From Chlamydia trachomatis (GTDB lineage: Bacteria > Chlamydiota > Chlamydiia > Chlamydiales > Rhabdochlamydiaceae): a DNA stretch of 64,000 nt. The notes beneath the pieces were generated by a model. The model searched no databases and was not told where the DNA came from. It worked only from the letters and a program-made list of their open reading frames with translations. Both the position numbers and the translations under genes were made by a program. The DNA lies in assembly GCA_945898205.1 (NCBI GenBank), contig CAMDHO010000004.1:7830-71829 (forward strand), given 5' to 3'. Shown here one piece after another: positions 44,382 through 55,206 of this stretch. The stretch's first letter is position 1. The number at the start of each line of letters is the position of its first letter.

Positions 44382-44639
44382 AAATAGTATAGAGATCCAA
44401 GTAGTAAATTTTATAGGAGACATTAACATGTTTTTATGAGGATATTCAAGACAAAAAGTGCTTAACAATTAAATTAGAGCAATTTCACAAGGAAGGATTA
44501 TATGGTCATAGTAACATGGTCATAAAAAAATCAACCTAATAAAAAGGAAGAAAAATATTTAGTTTGTAATTCGCTTATAATTAGATGAAAGGGAAGGGCA
44601 GAGATGATCTTTCATTTATATTCGGAATTGAAGAATGAC

Positions 44640-45695
44640 TCATAGTAGAAAATTTTCTGATCCTATACCTCGAAAATCGAAAAAACTCTTAACCCAGTCT
44701 TTTATTTGTTTTGCTCCTATAAGAATAACAGAATGTTTGATATACAGCGCTTTAGTTTCTGCATCTAAATGGGCAAAGCCCGAATCTTCAAGAACTCCTG
44801 CTATTTGTAGATCTGCTAATTTTTGGCAAGAATTAGAAATGGTAACCCTGGCAGGTGTGACCGTGCCTCTTCTGGTATCTACGTGAGTAGAAGAAACGGG
44901 ATCCTTAAGAGTGTTTTGAAGAGCTCCATAAAGCAGATGAGGGTCTAAGTATTGAAATGCCCCTAAATTCTTTAGTGTAATAAAATTATCGGGGTTTTCT
45001 AAAGCTAAGGTTGCTAGGGTTGGACTTAAGAGAGACAAATCATCCAAAAGCCCGGCGCGAGCTAATTTGGCATAGTTAAAACCCATTCTCAAAACTCTAG
45101 ACAAATCATCTTTAGAGAGTACAAGAGAAGCTTCTAACGCATTGGCTTTTTTCAGATCAATAAATGCCTCGGCATAATTGTAATATGGAGACAGTAGCAT
45201 GTCCAATATTTTTGGAAATCTAGCAGATAATATTTTGACATCTTCTAAAGAGGAGCTTTCTATTAATGCATTAAAACGAGTAAATATAAATTCTAGTTGC
45301 TTTTTATGAAGACTCACCCGGTTAGCCTCTTTTGATTTATCAAGGTTGCTTTGAATATCACTTACGCGTTGAATAAAACCAGTGCTTTGATAACCTTGTA
45401 GGTATTCCATGAAGGCATCTAATAAGCCTGATTTTTCTAATCTTTTATAAAGATAAGGACTTGCTAGTAAAAGGTCTTCCTTTTCAAAAGAAAAACACTG
45501 ATTCATTACATTACTATATGGAGAAAGATTTAGGCAAAGAGCTGTTTTGGATAAATCGACTACGAAATCGGTGTTGCCTCGATATAAAGAAGCTGTTCCT
45601 GCTTGATCTGCTCTCAGTTGTGTTGTTTTTTGCTCTTCAGTCACAGAGGCATTTGCTAGATAAGCTGTCCCTATTACTTTTAAAATCCTAATCAT
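44640..45695 (-). CDS. hypothetical protein (351 aa), no recognisable domain, no signal peptide
   Basis: Long uninterrupted ORF, Leu-rich and probably helical. It lies between hisS and uhpC, with an AT-rich divergent promoter region on its 5' side. Confidence 0.55.
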   Translation of the reverse strand: MIRILKVIGTAYLANASVTEEQKTTQLRADQAGTASLYRGNTDFVVDLSKTALCLNLSPYSNVMNQCFSFEKEDLLLASPYLYKRLEKSGLLDAFMEYLQGYQSTGFIQRVSDIQSNLDKSKEANRVSLHKKQLEFIFTRFNALIESSSLEDVKILSARFPKILDMLLSPYYNYAEAFIDLKKANALEASLVLSKDDLSRVLRMGFNYAKLARAGLLDDLSLLSPTLATLALENPDNFITLKNLGAFQYLDPHLLYGALQNTLKDPVSSTHVDTRRGTVTPARVTISNSCQKLADLQIAGVLEDSGFAHLDAETKALYIKHSVILIGAKQIKDWVKSFFDFRGIGSENFLL

Positions 45696-46092
45696 TTTGT
45701 GTCCCCAAATTAAACATGTATTTATAATACTGTAATTTGTTGTTTAATTCAATTTATTAATGAGTTTATTTTGAAAATTCAAGATATGTGTGTTTTTATG
45801 TCGTAAGTCATTAATAATAAATTTAATAAATAACTTACAGGGGGTATATCTGCGTGTCATGGTAAAAAAGACATAAGACTTTTAATATGCTAACTAACAA
45901 AATGTTAATGGCTTGATGATTTTTAGAGGTGAAGGTTCGTAGAGAAGGCAGAGGAAAGGTTTTTAAGGGATCAGATTTTTTTCATCTTATGAATTTGGAG
46001 TCTTGGATTCAATGAAGTTGCAAAGTAGCTGCAGAATGTGTAATACTTTACTCTTTTCAACTGTGTAAAGAGTTTTTTTGGGAGAATTTTAG

Positions 46093-47472
46093 ATGAGCAT
46101 ATTAGACTTCTTAAAGCCAGCGCCTTATAAAGCTGAAATTGAAGATGAAGAAGAGGTAAAGAAAAGTTATAAATATTGGCGTTTTCGGGTTTTTTACGGA
46201 ATGTACATAGGTTATATTTTTTATTATTTTTCTCGGAAGAGTTTTACTTTTGCTATGCCAGCTTTAATGATGGATTTAGGTTTTGACAAAAGTCAACTTG
46301 GGATTTTAGGTAGCGTACTCTCTATTACATATGGACTCAGTAAGTTTTTAAGTGGGATTCTAAGCGACAGATCAAATCCTAGATATTTTATGGCTATAGG
46401 CTTGATCCTTACAGGCTGCTTGAATATTCTTTTCGGGCTTACCTCGTCGATAGTTTTTTTTGCTATTTTTTGGGGTTTGAATGGATGTTTCCAAGGTTGG
46501 GGATGGCCTCCTTGTGCTCGTTTACTGACTCATTGGTATTCTCAAAAGGAAAGAGGGACTTGGTGGGGTTTTTGGAGTTCTTCTCAAAGCGTAGGTGGTG
46601 CTTTAATTCCTTTATTAGCTGCTTTTTGTGCTCAATATTGGGGTTGGCGTTATGCTATGTTTGTTCCGGGCTGGCTATGTATTATAGCAGGGATTTTTCT
46701 CATTAATAGATTAAGGGACTCTCCTCAATCTTTGGGACTTCCTTCTATTGAAAAATTTAAAAAAGAAGAAGTTTTTGTAGATAAGATAGAGTCTGAAAAA
46801 GAACTTTCCGTCAAAGAAATTCTTTTTACTTACGTTCTTCGTAATAAATTTATTTGGATTTTGGCGATTTCTTATTTTTTTGTTTATGTTATTCGTATCG
46901 CTGTTTCTGATTGGAGCGTACTTTTTTTAGTCGAGACAAAGGGATATTCTCTTCTACAAGCTGGAGCCTGTGTTTGTTGGTTTGAAATAGGCGGGTGCTT
47001 GGGTAGTTTGTCGGCAGGATGGGGATCCGACCGGATTTTTAAAGGAAGAAGAGGCCCTATCAGTGCTATGTTTAGTCTAGGTGTTATATTTGCGGTTGCT
47101 GCGTTTTGGCTCTCTCCTGGTGGGTCTATAGGGTTAGATTCTGTTCTCTTATTTGTTATTGGGTTCCTGATTTTTGGGCCACAGATGTTAATTGGTATGG
47201 CTGCTGCGGAGCTTTCTCATAAGAAAGCCGCGGGGACTGCTACCGGGTTTGTTGGCTGGATTTCTTATCTAGGAGCTGCTTGTGCTGGATATCCGCTGGG
47301 TAAATTGACTCAAGAATGGGGTTGGGAAGCCTTTTTTATAGTCTTAGGCTGTTGCGGTTTTATTTCTGTTTGTCTGCTTATTCCTCTTTGGAAAGTATCT
47401 CCAAATTCAAGGAAGCCAGAGCTTCAGGCGAACTTATTGCAAGATATGAAAGAAGAGACCGGTTCCGCTTAA
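46093..47472 (+). CDS. uhpC: MFS hexose-phosphate/organophosphate:phosphate antiporter (UhpC/GlpT family)
   Basis: YWRFRVFYGMYIGYIFYYFSRKSF (the typical OPA-family N-terminus), DRSNPRYF and 12 predicted TM helices. Located next to dnaE, as I recall for Chlamydia. Confidence 0.9.
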   Translation: MSILDFLKPAPYKAEIEDEEEVKKSYKYWRFRVFYGMYIGYIFYYFSRKSFTFAMPALMMDLGFDKSQLGILGSVLSITYGLSKFLSGILSDRSNPRYFMAIGLILTGCLNILFGLTSSIVFFAIFWGLNGCFQGWGWPPCARLLTHWYSQKERGTWWGFWSSSQSVGGALIPLLAAFCAQYWGWRYAMFVPGWLCIIAGIFLINRLRDSPQSLGLPSIEKFKKEEVFVDKIESEKELSVKEILFTYVLRNKFIWILAISYFFVYVIRIAVSDWSVLFLVETKGYSLLQAGACVCWFEIGGCLGSLSAGWGSDRIFKGRRGPISAMFSLGVIFAVAAFWLSPGGSIGLDSVLLFVIGFLIFGPQMLIGMAAAELSHKKAAGTATGFVGWISYLGAACAGYPLGKLTQEWGWEAFFIVLGCCGFISVCLLIPLWKVSPNSRKPELQANLLQDMKEETGSA

Positions 47473-47523
47473 TTTTTCTTCCTGGTAGGATTAAGCTCTC
47501 TTTATTTTTTTTAGGGTGTTTTC

Positions 47524-50500
47524 ATGAGTTGGGTCCCTTTACATGTGCATTCTCAGTATTCTATTTTAAATTCGACAGCTCAAGTTGGGGCCCTTGTTTC
47601 TAAAGCTGTAGAATATAACTGTCCAGCTATTGCTTTAACAGATCAAGGCAATATGTTTGCTTGCGTGGAGTTTTATAAGGCCTGTCGATATCAAAAAATT
47701 AAGCCTATTATTGGATGCGAACTCTATCTAGCTCCGGTCTCAAGGCATGATAAAAAAAAGATTTCAGGGTTTTCTGCGGGCTATCCCTTAATTTTCCTTG
47801 TTAAAAATGATATAGGCTATAGGAACCTTTGTAAGTTAAGTTCATTGGCTCATTTAGAAGGTTTTTATTACACCCCAAGGATTGACAAAGCTCTTATTGA
47901 AGAGTTTTCTGAAGGTCTAATTTGCCTTTCAGGGCCTTTAAATGGCCGGATCGCTTCTTTAATTATAGAGGATAAGGCTCAAGAATTACACGAAGAAATA
48001 GAGTGGTTTCAAAAGGTTTTTAAAGAAGATTTTTATTTTGAGATTCAAAGGCATAGGATGAGTGATGCAGAAATCTCTTCCGATCGCATGACTATAGAGC
48101 CTTGGCTTTATCAAAAATATAGAGAATATACCCAATCGCAAGAAAAAGTCATAGAGGAGACTAAGGATCTTTCTCAAAAATACGGAATCCCGTGTGTTGC
48201 AACGAATGATATTCATTATATCTATCGAAATGATTGGAAAGCTCATGAAATTTTAATTAACGTACAATCTGGAGAGCCTTGTGAGATTTGGGAAAGAGAC
48301 TCGGCTGGAAATCTAAAAGCAAAAGTTATAAATCCTAAAAGAGAAGTTTTTTCTTCTCATGAGTTTTACTTTAAGTCCCCTTCTCAGATGGCTCAGCTTT
48401 TTTCTGATATCCCAGAATCGATATCTCGGACAGTTCAAATAGCAGAGCAATGTGTGTTTGATTTCGATTTTACAACAAAATATTACCCTGTTTATATACC
48501 CCCAAGTTTAGAAAATAAAAAATACGAAGCCTCCGAAAGAGCAGAGGAAGCGGCTAAGTTTTTAAGAGAACTTTGCTTTCAACAAATTCCTCAGAGGTAT
48601 TCTGTTAAGCAATTAGAGCCTATTCAGTTAATGAATCCTGAAAAGGAACCATTGGAAATTGTCCGAACTCGTTTAAATTATGAACTAGATATTATTATTC
48701 CTAAAGGAATGTGTGATTACCTCCTGATTGTATATGATTTTATTGCTTGGGCAAAAAGTCAAGGAATTCCTATGGGGCCAGGAAGAGGTTCTGGAGCGGG
48801 GTCTATCATCTTATATTTGATAGGAATTACTGATATTGAACCGCTTCGATTTAACCTATTTTTTGAAAGGTTTATCAATCCGGAAAGGATTTCCTATCCA
48901 GATATCGACGTAGATATTTGTATGGAGAGGCGCCAGGAAGTCATAGAGTATACAGTGCGAAAGTATGGAAAAGAAAGAGTGGCTCAAATTATTACATTTG
49001 GGACCATGAAAGCAAAAATGGCAATAAAAGATGTGGGTCGAGTTTTGAGTATTCCCTTAGTTAAAGTTAATGCCATAGCTAAACTTATTCCTGAAGATCC
49101 TAATATGACACTGGCTAAAGCATTAGAGATCGATGTGGAGCTAAAAGCGCAATACGATTCCGATCCAGAAGTGCAGAATCTCATTCAAATTGCTTTGAGT
49201 TTAGAAGGGTCAGTAAGGAGCACGGGGATCCACGCAGCTGGACTGATTATTGGCGGGGCGGCTTTGATGGAGACTATTCCTGTATGTTTGTCTAAAGATT
49301 CAGATATGGCAGTCACTCAATTTTCTATGAAGCCTGTAGAATCTGTAGGATTACTTAAGATAGACTTTTTGGGGCTTAAAACACTGACATCGATTCAAAA
49401 AGCAGTGGATATCATAGAAGAAAGTTATGGTAAAAAAATTGACTGGGTAAGCCTCCCTTTAGATGACATGACTACGTTTGATTTATTGAACCAAGGAAAG
49501 ACTCAAGGAGTTTTTCAGTTAGAATCTGGAGGAATGCAGGAACTTGCAAAACAACTACGTATTGATAAGTTTGAGGAGATTATTGCGGTAGGAGCTCTTT
49601 ATCGACCAGGTCCTATGGAAATGATTCCATCTTTTATTAATCGTAAGCATGGAAGAGAGCCGATAGAAATAGACCATCCTTTGATGGCAAATATTTTATC
49701 GGAAACTTATGGTATCATGGTATATCAAGAACAGGTCATGCAAATTGCTAGCGCTTTAGCTAACTACTCTTTGGGAGAAGGGGATGTTTTAAGAAGGGCT
49801 ATGGGTAAAAAAGATAAAGAAGAAATGGCTCGTCAGAGAGAAAAATTTAAAATAGGAGCTTTAGAAAACCAGATAGATGAAGCTACTTCTATGAAGATTT
49901 TTGATAAAATTGAAAAGTTTGCCTCTTATGGATTTAATAAATCACACGCCGCAGCCTATGGATATTTAACCTATGTAACAGCATATTTAAAAGCAAACTA
50001 TCCAGAGGCTTGGATGGCCGCTTTGATGACCTCTGATCGAGATGATATAGCAAAGGTGGCTAAGGTAATTCGAGAATGTCAAACTAGTGGAATTTCTGTA
50101 TTGCCTCCAGACATCAACCAGTCGGGAAAGGAGTTTATTGCAACAAGAAACGGAATTCGCTTTGCTATAACAGGAATTAAAGGAGTTGGAGAAGGTGTTG
50201 TCAAAGCAATTATTGAGGAGCGTAAAGAAAGAGGCCTTTTTAAATCGCTATATGAGTTTATACAAAGGATCGATGCTAAAAAAGTTGGGAAAAAAAATGT
50301 TGAGAATTTAGTGGAAGCAGGCTGTTTTGATTTTACCGAGTGGAGTAGAGCTGCGTTAGTAGAAAATATTGACGAGATGTTTAGTTCTGTGGCCAAAGAT
50401 CAAAAAGAAGCATCTCAAGGAATTTTAGATTTTTTTTCTTTAACGGATGAGAAGAGAGGTCAACAATTTGAAGCCCCGCCTAAAACGCATAAATTTTTTA

Positions 50501-51300
50501 CAAAACAGCAAATTCTTAAAAGAGAGTATGAATTGCTAGGTTTTTATTTAAGAGAGCACCCATTAGACGAGTTTAGGCATTTGTTTGGTAAACTTTCGTG
50601 TTGTCCTTTAAAAGAGGTTTCTAATCTTGAAAAAGTAGCTATTTTTAGGACTGCTTTTATTGTCGAAGAGGTATCCTTTAAGATTGCGGTAAAGTCGCAG
50701 AAAAAGTTTGCCATTTTAAAAATTCGAGATGGTATGGAGAGTTTTGAGCTGCCTGTTTGGGCCGATCTATGTGAGATTTATCAAGATTTATTAGTAGAAA
50801 CCCAATTGATTTATGCAGTTTTACAGGTGGACCAAGATGGTGAAACCATTAAGCTACAAACCAAATGGCTTGGAGATTTGACAAAAATAGACGAGACGAT
50901 GCTTTTTACTTGCGATGCAGCTTACGATAAAGCAAAATCTTCTCTTAAATTGACGGAATTAAGAAATAAGGCTCAGGCATCCGAAAAAGTAAAAAAAGTA
51001 AATTCTGAGGAAGTAGCTCAAGAAGGAAAGGAAAAAGTGACAAAAATTGAGAAGTTAGAGCCCTCCACATGTCATGTTATTTTAGATGTAGATCGTATTA
51101 AGCTTTCCCATGTTATGGAACTCAAGAAGATTTTTAGATCTCATGCAGGGGATCAACCTATTAAAGTGGATTTTGTATCTCAAAAACAGTTAATAGGATC
51201 TTTACAGATTGGTGCAGAGTGGGGGGTTGAATGGAGTCAAGAAGTGAAATCTTTGATTTCTGGGGTGTATTCTGTTGAATCTGTTTTGCAAAAACTTTAG
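47524..51300 (+). CDS. dnaE: DNA polymerase III alpha subunit
   Basis: PHP domain start (WVPLHVHSQYSILNS), GPGRGSGAGSIILYLIGITDIEP, YPDIDVDI, and the finger domain FNKSHAAAYG. Confidence 0.96.
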   Translation: MSWVPLHVHSQYSILNSTAQVGALVSKAVEYNCPAIALTDQGNMFACVEFYKACRYQKIKPIIGCELYLAPVSRHDKKKISGFSAGYPLIFLVKNDIGYRNLCKLSSLAHLEGFYYTPRIDKALIEEFSEGLICLSGPLNGRIASLIIEDKAQELHEEIEWFQKVFKEDFYFEIQRHRMSDAEISSDRMTIEPWLYQKYREYTQSQEKVIEETKDLSQKYGIPCVATNDIHYIYRNDWKAHEILINVQSGEPCEIWERDSAGNLKAKVINPKREVFSSHEFYFKSPSQMAQLFSDIPESISRTVQIAEQCVFDFDFTTKYYPVYIPPSLENKKYEASERAEEAAKFLRELCFQQIPQRYSVKQLEPIQLMNPEKEPLEIVRTRLNYELDIIIPKGMCDYLLIVYDFIAWAKSQGIPMGPGRGSGAGSIILYLIGITDIEPLRFNLFFERFINPERISYPDIDVDICMERRQEVIEYTVRKYGKERVAQIITFGTMKAKMAIKDVGRVLSIPLVKVNAIAKLIPEDPNMTLAKALEIDVELKAQYDSDPEVQNLIQIALSLEGSVRSTGIHAAGLIIGGAALMETIPVCLSKDSDMAVTQFSMKPVESVGLLKIDFLGLKTLTSIQKAVDIIEESYGKKIDWVSLPLDDMTTFDLLNQGKTQGVFQLESGGMQELAKQLRIDKFEEIIAVGALYRPGPMEMIPSFINRKHGREPIEIDHPLMANILSETYGIMVYQEQVMQIASALANYSLGEGDVLRRAMGKKDKEEMARQREKFKIGALENQIDEATSMKIFDKIEKFASYGFNKSHAAAYGYLTYVTAYLKANYPEAWMAALMTSDRDDIAKVAKVIRECQTSGISVLPPDINQSGKEFIATRNGIRFAITGIKGVGEGVVKAIIEERKERGLFKSLYEFIQRIDAKKVGKKNVENLVEAGCFDFTEWSRAALVENIDEMFSSVAKDQKEASQGILDFFSLTDEKRGQQFEAPPKTHKFFTKQQILKREYELLGFYLREHPLDEFRHLFGKLSCCPLKEVSNLEKVAIFRTAFIVEEVSFKIAVKSQKKFAILKIRDGMESFELPVWADLCEIYQDLLVETQLIYAVLQVDQDGETIKLQTKWLGDLTKIDETMLFTCDAAYDKAKSSLKLTELRNKAQASEKVKKVNSEEVAQEGKEKVTKIEKLEPSTCHVILDVDRIKLSHVMELKKIFRSHAGDQPIKVDFVSQKQLIGSLQIGAEWGVEWSQEVKSLISGVYSVESVLQKL

Positions 51301-51338
51301 TAGAACTAAATTAGTTAATTATTTTTTTTTGAGGATGT

Positions 51339-52394
51339 ATGAAGAGACTTGTTTTTTCCGTAGCTTTGGGAAGTGTGACTTTTTTAATGATGAATTCTTT
51401 GCAGGCTGCTTATACCATTAGAGATGGGAAATTAATCAATATGCATGAAATTGCAACTCTTTCTGTTCAAGAACACTATAGTTTAGCAAAGCAAGCTCTT
51501 GAGCAAGAAAATTGGCAAGAGTTGATCAGGCAATCTAACGTAATTATTAAAAACTTCTCCGGAACGGATTTTGCCTGGGATTGTTATTTTTACTTAGGAA
51601 AAGCCTATTTTTATCTAAGGGCTTTAGATTACGCTAATGCTAATTTTTCTATATATTTAAAACAGGCAACCCCCAAATTCTTTGAACAAGCAATAGAGTA
51701 CAAGTTTTATATTGCACAGTCTTTTGAAAATGGAGAAAAGAAATCCATTTTGGGGGTAGCAGGGATGCCTAAATGGATGCCTGCCTACCAAGAAGCTATA
51801 GAGATTTATGAAGAAGTTATTATGGCTTTACCGCAACACGATTTGGCAGTTCAGTCAATGTTAGGAAAGGGCCTCTTGTTATTTAAAGAAGGTGATTTTA
51901 AGGAGAGCATTGAAACTTTTCAAACGTTGATTCGAAGATTTCCAAAGCATCCGTTAGCATGTGATAGCTATATAGCAATTACAAATGTTTACTTGAAGCA
52001 AAGCAAAGAAGAGTACCCAGATCCTGACTATTTAGATTTAGCAGAAATTAATATAAGAAAATTTAAGTTAGACTTTCCTAGTCATCCTAAGCTTGAGGCG
52101 GTGGAAGCTATGTTAGGGGAAATGAAAGAGCTGTTTGCTTCAGAGCTTTATAAGACGGCACAGTTTTATGAAAGAACAAAAAAACCGAAAGCAGCTGTAA
52201 TTTATTATTCTAAAATCACATCTAAATATCCAGGCACGAAAATCTCTCTAAAATCTCAGAAAAGACTAGACTCTCTTTGTCCAAAAGAAGAAATGGAGGA
52301 AAAGGAGTTTCAGGTTCAGAAAAAGGCAGGAGATCTTGTTGTCGAATCTTCAGAAATGCAAAGTGAAATAACAGAGACGCAAGATATTCAATGA
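51339..52394 (+). CDS. secreted TPR-repeat protein, BamD/YfiO-like
   Basis: Signal peptide (...MMNSLQA-AY) and several TPR-like helical pairs. The tail (LYKTAQFYERTKKPKAAVIYYSKITSKYPGT) resembles the BamD C-terminal TPR. No lipobox Cys, so the assignment is tentative. Confidence 0.45.
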   Translation: MKRLVFSVALGSVTFLMMNSLQAAYTIRDGKLINMHEIATLSVQEHYSLAKQALEQENWQELIRQSNVIIKNFSGTDFAWDCYFYLGKAYFYLRALDYANANFSIYLKQATPKFFEQAIEYKFYIAQSFENGEKKSILGVAGMPKWMPAYQEAIEIYEEVIMALPQHDLAVQSMLGKGLLLFKEGDFKESIETFQTLIRRFPKHPLACDSYIAITNVYLKQSKEEYPDPDYLDLAEINIRKFKLDFPSHPKLEAVEAMLGEMKELFASELYKTAQFYERTKKPKAAVIYYSKITSKYPGTKISLKSQKRLDSLCPKEEMEEKEFQVQKKAGDLVVESSEMQSEITETQDIQ

Positions 52395-52993
52395 GAAGGT
52401 TGATTTATATATTTAGTAGCATATTCCTGTCGTCTTGTGGATACCATTATACATCACAAGACGATTCAGGCAGGTCCTTTACCGTAACTGTTCCGTACAT
52501 TCCAGGAGATTCAGATGCCATTTTAAACAATGAAATTGTTTATCAACTTAGCTCAAGTGGGCAGTTTCAATGTGTCCAATCGAATGGGGAGTATGTTTTA
52601 GAGGTAAATTTACTTTCAGAGACTCAAAGCCGTATAGGCTTTCGCTATGATCGAGATAATGTAAGTGGGTCTTTAGAGAAAAACTTGTTAGGGGTAGAAG
52701 ATAGAAGGGTTGTTGTTGTTCAAGTTTCTTTAGTAGAAACGGGATCTAATAAAGTTGTAGCAGGCCCATTTGAAGTGTCTTCTGATGCGGAGTATGATTA
52801 TATAGATCCAGGTAGTCCGATAGATTTACTGTTTACTAACTCTTCGGGTTCTTCTGACTCTATTATTCAATTTTCTATGGGGCAACTAGATTCTTCAGAG
52901 GGAGCGTATGATGATGCATCAAGGCTTGTATTCCGTAAATTAGCAGAAAAGATAACAATAGGGCTTGTAAATCATTTATCAGACAGGCCGTAA
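52391..52993 (+). CDS. lipoprotein, LptE-like
   Basis: Lipobox (FLSSC-GYHY), comparable to the LptE N-terminus (...SGCGFHLRG). About 200 aa. ATGA start/stop overlap with the upstream TPR gene. Confidence 0.4.
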   Translation: MRRLIYIFSSIFLSSCGYHYTSQDDSGRSFTVTVPYIPGDSDAILNNEIVYQLSSSGQFQCVQSNGEYVLEVNLLSETQSRIGFRYDRDNVSGSLEKNLLGVEDRRVVVVQVSLVETGSNKVVAGPFEVSSDAEYDYIDPGSPIDLLFTNSSGSSDSIIQFSMGQLDSSEGAYDDASRLVFRKLAEKITIGLVNHLSDRP

Positions 52994-52995
52994 AT

Positions 52996-53433
52996 TTATC
53001 CACTTTTTTCTTTGTTAATTGAAGAGATGATGTCTTCTGTATCTAATACTTCTGTTAGAAAATGCTGAAGAACTCGTAAAATATATTTAGGTGTATTATA
53101 GACTCCAGAAGTGGTATATACGATTTCCAGATGTGGCTTGAGATTTTGAATTAATGAGATAAGGATAAGGGTGCTGGGAAGTTCTGTTTCAGACTGAGGG
53201 ACAATCCAGACGGCAAATTTTTTATTGAATAGAGTGACTTTATCGTTTGTTTCAATAACATGAAACTGTTGAGAAATGGAATCGGATTCTGAGCTTTCTA
53301 TCTCAGGGGTATTTAGAAGGCCTAGTTCTTGAAGTAATTGTAAATTAACATTAATGAAACCTTCAGGTGCCCATTGTTGAAAGTTTTCTGTAAAATCTTT
53401 ATAGGCTTCTTCCAGTTGAATTGGGTTCATCAT
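52996..53433 (-). CDS. small acidic hypothetical protein (145 aa)
   Basis: Clean ORF with no signal peptide and no identifiable motif. Size and acidity resemble secretion chaperones, but I cannot support that call. Confidence 0.45.
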   Translation of the reverse strand: MMNPIQLEEAYKDFTENFQQWAPEGFINVNLQLLQELGLLNTPEIESSESDSISQQFHVIETNDKVTLFNKKFAVWIVPQSETELPSTLILISLIQNLKPHLEIVYTTSGVYNTPKYILRVLQHFLTEVLDTEDIISSINKEKSG

Positions 53434-53612
53434 AAGCTTTCATTACCTTTTTTATTGGAGACTTCACTGATTTCGCAGGAACCGTCCCATTTGCGGGGTG
53501 AACTAAAATCCCCATATTGGTCAAGTTGTCTTTTTTTTGAAAAGATAATAACTTCGAAGGATTGAAAATGTGTTTATTTTTTAATGGTTTTTTTTGTTTT
53601 AAGAAATTGTAA

Positions 53613-54947
53613 ATGAATGTGTTATTGATGAAATTATTACATGTAAAAATTTTTTTATTTTATGCCTTTTTAGGCAATGCGTTAAGTCCAATTGAGCTAA
53701 AAGGCGATCAACTTTCTTGTGATACCTCTGCTTTTGTTGCTTTTTTAATCAATGCAGAGGATGGAAAGGTGCTTTTTGCGAGAAATGCAGAAGAACCTTT
53801 CTATCCAGCTAGTACAACAAAAGTGGCCACAGCACTGTATGCTTTACACAAAAAAAGTGAGTCGATTGATGAAATAATTACGGTTTCTCAAGACTGTGTA
53901 TCTACAGTTCCTATAGCTGTTAGAAGATCGGGGGGGAAACATCCCTCTTATCGACTTGAGTTTGGAGGGACTCATATAGGACTTAAAGTCGGAGAGCAAA
54001 TGGATTTAAAGTCTCTTCTTTATGGCCTTATGCTTCCATCTGGAAATGATGCGGCGAATGTAATTGCAGAAGCTGTAAGTGGTTCTGTTCCGGCTTTCAT
54101 GAGAGAGCTCAATGACTTTTTACAAAGCATAGGATGTAGTCGTACTCAATTTAAAAATCCACATGGACTTCCAGATTTAGAGCATGTTACTACGGCAAAA
54201 GATCTAGCCATAATGGCTCAATTTGCGATGAAAAGTGCAGTGTTTCGAGAAATAGTGTCTTCTTCTAAGTTTTTAAGGCCGCAAACAAATAAGCAGCCTG
54301 AAGTTTTGTTATCGCAAGGTAATTCTTTAGTAAAGCCAGGAGCTAAACACTTTTATCCGCATGCGACAGGTCTAAAGACAGGCTATACAATCCAAGCAGG
54401 GCATGCAATTATAGCTGCTGCCAGAAAAGGAGATCGTTCACTTATCGCGGTGGTATCTCATCAAGAAGGTTCAGATAAAAGATATCGGAGCGTTATTCAA
54501 CTTTTTGAGGCCGCATTCCAAGAGGTTAAACAAACAAGAACTCTTTTTTCTGGAGCTCATGATACATTTTCTCAGAAAATAGAAGGGGCTAAAGATGTTT
54601 TAAAAGCAGCTTTAATAGAAGATGTCGTTGTTTCTTTTTATCCTTCTGAAAACAAAAAATATCATTCCCAACTCCAGTGGAAACTAGAAGATCTTCCGAT
54701 ATTTGCAGGATCTCAGGTTGGAGAGGTTCAAATTTTTGATGAGAGCAACTCTTTGCAAGAATCAGTTCCTATTTTTTCTGTAAAAGAAGTTCTTCCAACT
54801 TTTTCTTATAAAATGCAAAAGAATATTAGCAAAGGGCGTGATTGGATTAAGGAACATAGGCTTTACATTGCCTACTTCATGGCTTTTGTTTTATTAGTAG
54901 TGGCTCTTCGGAGAGTCGTAGGAAAGAAAAAAAATCAGAAGGCTTAA
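53613..54947 (+). CDS. dacC: D-alanyl-D-alanine carboxypeptidase (PBP5/6 family, S11)
   Basis: SxxK (YPASTTKVATA), SxN (LPSGNDAAN), KTG (LKTGYT) and a C-terminal membrane anchor (YIAYFMAFVLLVVAL). Confidence 0.9.
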   Translation: MNVLLMKLLHVKIFLFYAFLGNALSPIELKGDQLSCDTSAFVAFLINAEDGKVLFARNAEEPFYPASTTKVATALYALHKKSESIDEIITVSQDCVSTVPIAVRRSGGKHPSYRLEFGGTHIGLKVGEQMDLKSLLYGLMLPSGNDAANVIAEAVSGSVPAFMRELNDFLQSIGCSRTQFKNPHGLPDLEHVTTAKDLAIMAQFAMKSAVFREIVSSSKFLRPQTNKQPEVLLSQGNSLVKPGAKHFYPHATGLKTGYTIQAGHAIIAAARKGDRSLIAVVSHQEGSDKRYRSVIQLFEAAFQEVKQTRTLFSGAHDTFSQKIEGAKDVLKAALIEDVVVSFYPSENKKYHSQLQWKLEDLPIFAGSQVGEVQIFDESNSLQESVPIFSVKEVLPTFSYKMQKNISKGRDWIKEHRLYIAYFMAFVLLVVALRRVVGKKKNQKA

Positions 54948-54955
54948 CTAAGCAG

Positions 54956-55206
54956 TTAGCGAGTTATGACACTTTTATATATGGTGAATTCTTCGTGAGG
55001 AATTATTTTAACTTTTAGATCCTCAAAGCTTCCTCCGAAGTCGGTAGATGCTAAAAGAATGTTTGAATCAATATCTGTTAGATATTCAATGGATTCAAGA
55101 GTAAAGCAAGATTCCCATATTTTTCTTCAAGTTTTCGGTAGAAGTTAGCGAATTTTCCGATAGGTATGATGACATCAGTTAACCCGAGTTTCGCACGAAA
55201 ACCTCT
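54956..55206 (-). pseudogene. possible decayed gene: two overlapping open stretches in different frames, no start codon
   Basis: My minus-strand translation gives RGFRAKLGLTDVIIPIGKFANFYRKLEEKYGNLALLLNPLNI* (55206-55078). In another frame it gives RKIWESCFTLESIEYLTDIDSNILLASTDFGGSFEDLKVKIIPHEEFTIYKSVITR* (55126-54956). One frameshift would join them. Confidence 0.3.

Noticed and set aside
44584-44614. Hairpin atgaaag...ctttcat downstream of the orphan 351-aa gene, considered as a terminator. Also the nearby direct repeat atggtcata x2 (about 44503-44530).
   Set aside because: The stem is only 7 bp with a 17-nt loop and no U-tract. The short direct repeat falls within chance expectation for AT-rich spacer DNA.
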